DNA of 64,000 bases from Spirochaetia bacterium (lineage in GTDB: Bacteria > Spirochaetota > Spirochaetia > SZUA-6 > Bin103), in assembly GCA_965203905.1 (NCBI GenBank), contig CBDBDQ010000005.1:4576001-4640000 (forward strand). Reading direction: 5' to 3'. Of the stretch, positions 60,282 through 64,000 are shown piece after piece (position 1 is the first letter of the stretch; the number at the start of each line of letters is the position of its first letter). The notes under the pieces are model-generated. The model saw nothing but the letters and a program-made list of their open reading frames with translations, was not told the DNA's origin and searched no databases. The position numbers and the translations under genes are program-made.

Positions 60282-61310
60282 ATGGCACGATTCGAGTTGC
60301 TGGCGGCGAACTACAACGCCGGCGCGATGGCGGTGTACGATGAATTCGGTCGTTGGCTGGCGCGTCGCGATGTCAAGCTGACTCTGCGGCAGTGCGGCAC
60401 GGAACAGGATCTTATCGCCGGCCTGCGGGCGGCGGAGGTGCTGTTGGCGTTTCGCATTCCCGTAACGCGGCGGGCAATCGCGGCGGCGCCGCGGCTGCGG
60501 CTCATCATGGCCTCCGGCAACGGTTTCGATCATATCGACGTTGCCGCCGCAACCGAACATGGGGTGCCCGTCACCTGTGGCCGCAGATACAACGTGGAGG
60601 ATGTGGCCGAGCACGCCATTCTCCTGATGCTCTGGTGCGGGCGCAAGATCGGGATGCTGCAGGCGGGCGTGCGGCGCAGCGCGTGGCCGTGGCCGTGTGG
60701 AGCGCACGTGCAGCCGGTGCGCCGACTGGCCGGTCGCACCCTCGGCATCGTCGGTTTCGGCTTGATCGGACGTGCGGTCGCCGGTCTCGCCCGGGGCCTG
60801 GGGCTCGCCGTGTGCGCCCACGACCCGTACCTGCCGGCTGGCCGGATCGAAGCGGAAGGTGCCGAACCCGAGTCCTTGCCGGCTCTCTTGCGGCGGTCCG
60901 ACTTCGTCTCGCTGCACCTCCGGGCCAACGAGGAGACTACCCGCCTGATCGGCGAGCCGCAGCTCAGGATGATGCAGCGCACGGCTTACGTGATCAACAC
61001 CAGTCGCGGCCAGGTGATCGACGAGCAGGCGCTCATCCGTGCCTTGCGCGAGGGGTGGATCGCCGGTGCCGGCCTGGACGTGCTCGCGAGCGAACCGCCG
61101 CCGGTCGATCACCCGCTGCTGTCGATGGAAAACGTATTGATCACCGGACACGCGGCAGGGTCGACGGTCGAGTCCACCGTGGCATGGCGCGAGGAGTGGC
61201 AGCAGATCGTGTCCGACCATCTCGCGGGGGCACGGCCGATCAACGTCGTGAACCCCGAGGTCAAAGAGATTGCGGCCACCACCGCGCCGCATGGTAAACG
61301 CGGGGTGTGA
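60282..61310 (+). CDS. D-isomer-specific 2-hydroxyacid dehydrogenase
   Basis: GIVGFGLIG, NTSRG, GLDV...EP, GHAAG. Confidence 0.92.
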   Translation: MARFELLAANYNAGAMAVYDEFGRWLARRDVKLTLRQCGTEQDLIAGLRAAEVLLAFRIPVTRRAIAAAPRLRLIMASGNGFDHIDVAAATEHGVPVTCGRRYNVEDVAEHAILLMLWCGRKIGMLQAGVRRSAWPWPCGAHVQPVRRLAGRTLGIVGFGLIGRAVAGLARGLGLAVCAHDPYLPAGRIEAEGAEPESLPALLRRSDFVSLHLRANEETTRLIGEPQLRMMQRTAYVINTSRGQVIDEQALIRALREGWIAGAGLDVLASEPPPVDHPLLSMENVLITGHAAGSTVESTVAWREEWQQIVSDHLAGARPINVVNPEVKEIAATTAPHGKRGV

Positions 61311-62899
61311 GCGCGCTTTCAATGTTCATCGCCTACAACAACCAACGCGTCGACAAGCCGATCGGGAGTTGCCGCCAGCTGTTTTTCGACGATGACGTGA
61401 TCGCCGCGGTCAAGAACGTCACGCGGCGCCAGCACACGCCACGAAAGCACCCCGCGAATCCGCTCGTCGAGCGCGATACGGCGTGGGAGCACACCCCTTT
61501 CTTCCGGACCAGCGCGTTCAACGTGATCCGCGATCGCGGCGCGGGCGTATTCAAGTGCTGGTACGAGGACATGTACGAAATGTTCGGTGGCGGGTTCCAG
61601 TTCGAGACCCCGCAGGGGGTGGGGAAGGTGCACCGCAACCGTATCTGCTACGCCCAATCGGCCGATGGAATCTCCTGGGAAAAGCCAGGCCTGGGGCGCT
61701 ACCTGATCGACGGTCACGACACCAATACCGTGATCTGGGAAGCGGATACGCGCATCGGATCGCCCACGGTGCTGCTGGACCAGCGCGCTGCCGATGCTAC
61801 GCAGCGCTACAAGATGCTCTATCTTCACCAGACCGCGGCAGCGAAGTCGGGACGTCATGGTGCCGGTCTGTGTCTGGCCACTTCGCCCGACGGGATTGAA
61901 TGGGAGCTCAACAAGGAGACCCCGCTGTTCCCCCATTGGGGTGGCGACGTCGAGGTGCTGACCTACGATTCCGTGGACCGGAAGTACCTGCTCTTCGGTC
62001 GCGCCCATGCCAACAAGGGGGGCAGCGTGCATCCCGGGCACGCTCACGCTGCACAGCCGTTTCCGCCGGTCTGGCCCAGCCGACCGGAAGGGATCTGGGG
62101 CACACGGCGCAACCTCTACCGGCTCGAGAGCGACGACCTCGTGCACTGGTCCGATCCCGTGCTGGTGTTCGATCCGGACCAGCGCGACAACCTTGACGAC
62201 AGCCACTACGGATTCGTGCCGTGGCGGGCCGGCGAATTGCAGTTGGGAATACTCAACGTGTTCCACCAGGTGGACAACACGATGGACATGTATCTGTTGT
62301 TCAGCCGCGATGGCCTGGCGTGGCAGCGGCTACCGCAGCATCGGCCGCTGCTGGCGCGAGGTGGAGCCGGCAGCTTCGATGAACACATGATAGAAACGCC
62401 CACGCAGCCAATCGTCGTGGGGGACGAAGTCTGGTTGTACTACGGTGGCCACAGCGTGCACCACGACTGGTGGATATGCGGCCGGCGTGAGGGGCTGGGA
62501 GTCCCCGAAGCGCACGATCCCACGCTCTCGCAAAACGGGCATCACCTGGCTCTGGCGACGCTCCGGCTGGATGGATGGGTGTCGCTGGCGACGGGGTTGC
62601 GGGAGGGCTGGATCGAGACCAAGCCGGTGTCGTCGGCCGGCTCCCATCTGTTCATCAACGGCCGCTGCCGGTCGGGAGGCTACATCGAGGTGGAGGTTAC
62701 CGATCACTGGGACAACCCGTGGCCAGGATTCTCCCGATCCGATTGCGATCGATTCACGGGTGACAGTGTGCGCCACAAGGTCACCTGGGCGGAACGCAGC
62801 CGGATCAGTGAGCTTCCGTTCGCCGTAAAGCTGCGATTCCACATGCGCGACGCCGACCTGTATTCGTTCCAGATCGCCGATACGCCGACACCCGACTAG
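61307..62899 (+). CDS. Five-bladed beta-propeller protein, paralogue 2
   Basis: SADGISW, SPDGIEW, SDDLVHW, SRDGLAW; collinear with 56494-58116. Confidence 0.72.
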   Translation: MSALSMFIAYNNQRVDKPIGSCRQLFFDDDVIAAVKNVTRRQHTPRKHPANPLVERDTAWEHTPFFRTSAFNVIRDRGAGVFKCWYEDMYEMFGGGFQFETPQGVGKVHRNRICYAQSADGISWEKPGLGRYLIDGHDTNTVIWEADTRIGSPTVLLDQRAADATQRYKMLYLHQTAAAKSGRHGAGLCLATSPDGIEWELNKETPLFPHWGGDVEVLTYDSVDRKYLLFGRAHANKGGSVHPGHAHAAQPFPPVWPSRPEGIWGTRRNLYRLESDDLVHWSDPVLVFDPDQRDNLDDSHYGFVPWRAGELQLGILNVFHQVDNTMDMYLLFSRDGLAWQRLPQHRPLLARGGAGSFDEHMIETPTQPIVVGDEVWLYYGGHSVHHDWWICGRREGLGVPEAHDPTLSQNGHHLALATLRLDGWVSLATGLREGWIETKPVSSAGSHLFINGRCRSGGYIEVEVTDHWDNPWPGFSRSDCDRFTGDSVRHKVTWAERSRISELPFAVKLRFHMRDADLYSFQIADTPTPD

Positions 62900-62988
62900 T
62901 GCGCAAGGCCACTCCGTGCCGCCAGAGACCATGAAAACCGGTGCACTTGGATGGTATGCTGGACAGGTTTCGGACTAGGGCGGACTGA

Positions 62989-63978
62989 ATGCTGAGCTAC
63001 ATCCTGACCAGGGTCGTCTCCATGCTGATCAGCCTGGTGGCCGTGTCGATCATCGCGTTTCTGATCATTCAGCTTCCGCCGGGAGACTTCATCGACTACC
63101 TGGAGACCCGCAGCATCGGCACTGAGCCGCAGTTCGTCTCGGAGGAGGAGGTGGAGGCCCTGCGCGCGCACTACGGCCTGGACCGTCCCATCTACGTCCA
63201 GTACTTGAAGTGGGCCTCGAGAATCGTATTCTACGGCGATTTCGGCATGGCCTTTCTGTGGAATCAGCCGGTGACTCACCTCATCAGGGAGCGCTTGCCC
63301 TTCACCATGATCGTCGCTGTCAGCACGCTGTTGTTCGCGTATGTCGTGGCGATTCCCATCGGCGTCTATTCCGCTACCCATCAGTACTCCATCGGCGACT
63401 ATACCGCCACGGTATTCGGCTTCATCGGACTCGCCATCCCCAACTTCCTGCTGGCTCTTATTCTGATCGTGCTGATGTTCCGTATCTTCGGCATCAATCC
63501 ATCAGGTCTGTTCTCTCCTGAGATGGAGGATGCAGCGTGGTCGCTGGCCAAGGTGGTGGACATGATCAACCACCTCTGGATACCGATGATCGTGATTGGA
63601 ACGGCGGGAACCGCGGCCATCATACGGGTGCTGCGCGGCGTACTGCTGGACGAGCTGGGCAAACAGTACGTGGTCACCGCACGCGCCAAGGGCATGGCTG
63701 AACGGGCCCTGGTGTTCAAGTACCCGGTCCGGGTAGCGCTCAACCCGATTGTCAGCACGATTGGCTGGCGGCTGCCGCAAATCGTTTCGGGCACTACGAT
63801 TACGGCCGTGGTGCTGAATCTGCCGACGCTCGGTCCGATGCTGCTGGTGGCGCTCGAGAGCCAGGACATGTTTCTGGCCGGCGCGATCATCCTGCTGCTG
63901 ACGATCCTGGTGCTGGTCGGAACCTTCGTTTCCGACATCATGCTGGCGGCGCTCGATCCGCGCATTCGGCTGACATGA
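62989..63978 (+). CDS. Dpp/Opp-type ABC permease (DppB-like)
   Basis: LPPGD, YGLDRP, YVVTARAKG, LDPRIR. Confidence 0.93.
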   Translation: MLSYILTRVVSMLISLVAVSIIAFLIIQLPPGDFIDYLETRSIGTEPQFVSEEEVEALRAHYGLDRPIYVQYLKWASRIVFYGDFGMAFLWNQPVTHLIRERLPFTMIVAVSTLLFAYVVAIPIGVYSATHQYSIGDYTATVFGFIGLAIPNFLLALILIVLMFRIFGINPSGLFSPEMEDAAWSLAKVVDMINHLWIPMIVIGTAGTAAIIRVLRGVLLDELGKQYVVTARAKGMAERALVFKYPVRVALNPIVSTIGWRLPQIVSGTTITAVVLNLPTLGPMLLVALESQDMFLAGAIILLLTILVLVGTFVSDIMLAALDPRIRLT

Positions 63979-64000
63979 CGGAGCCGCGTCCTGCGTCTGA
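63975..64000 (+). CDS. Probable start of the DppC-like permease (runs off the window)
   Basis: ATGA overlap with the upstream stop, as in the 48650-48653 pair; only 8 codons visible. Confidence 0.45.

Overview
A high-GC bacterial chromosomal segment, densely coding, with no rRNA, tRNA or CRISPR array that I can see. Solute-binding protein N-termini of the 'AYAGGTGE' / 'LFATATQE' type, and the abundance of family-5 ABC systems, PhyH dioxygenases, TA modules and NACHT ATPases, resemble Spirochaetaceae symbionts of marine sponges (inference only). Layout: (1) 1-10 kb, an eroded mobile/defence region: two truncated transposases, an AT-rich orphan, an IS-disrupted AAA ATPase, a coupled AAA_14/DUF4143 plus 1344-aa NACHT-nuclease pair, and vapBC. 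(2) 10-27 kb, transport and sugar-acid metabolism with hisI-hisG, and a three-copy family of double-2TM/coiled-coil membrane proteins (two intact, one decayed). (3) 27.5-38.7 kb, a minus-strand run encoding a two-ATPase MacAB/FtsX-like exporter, then a GH1 beta-glucosidase, glycerate kinase and ftsH. (4) 40.3-47.5 kb, a segment bracketed by a 49-bp direct repeat that holds an AT-rich nucleoside-hydrolase/ABC island. (5) 47.5-64 kb, two Dpp/Opp-type importer clusters, one with its binding protein fused by deletion to an HNH-family gene fragment and one flanked by two paralogous beta-propeller proteins. Best candidates for undescribed biology are the STAND-nuclease pair, the 2TM paralogue array with homogenised C-termini, the exporter-GH1 operon, and a PhyH-family enzyme lacking the iron-binding carboxylate. 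All family calls come from motif recognition by eye; no database search was run.
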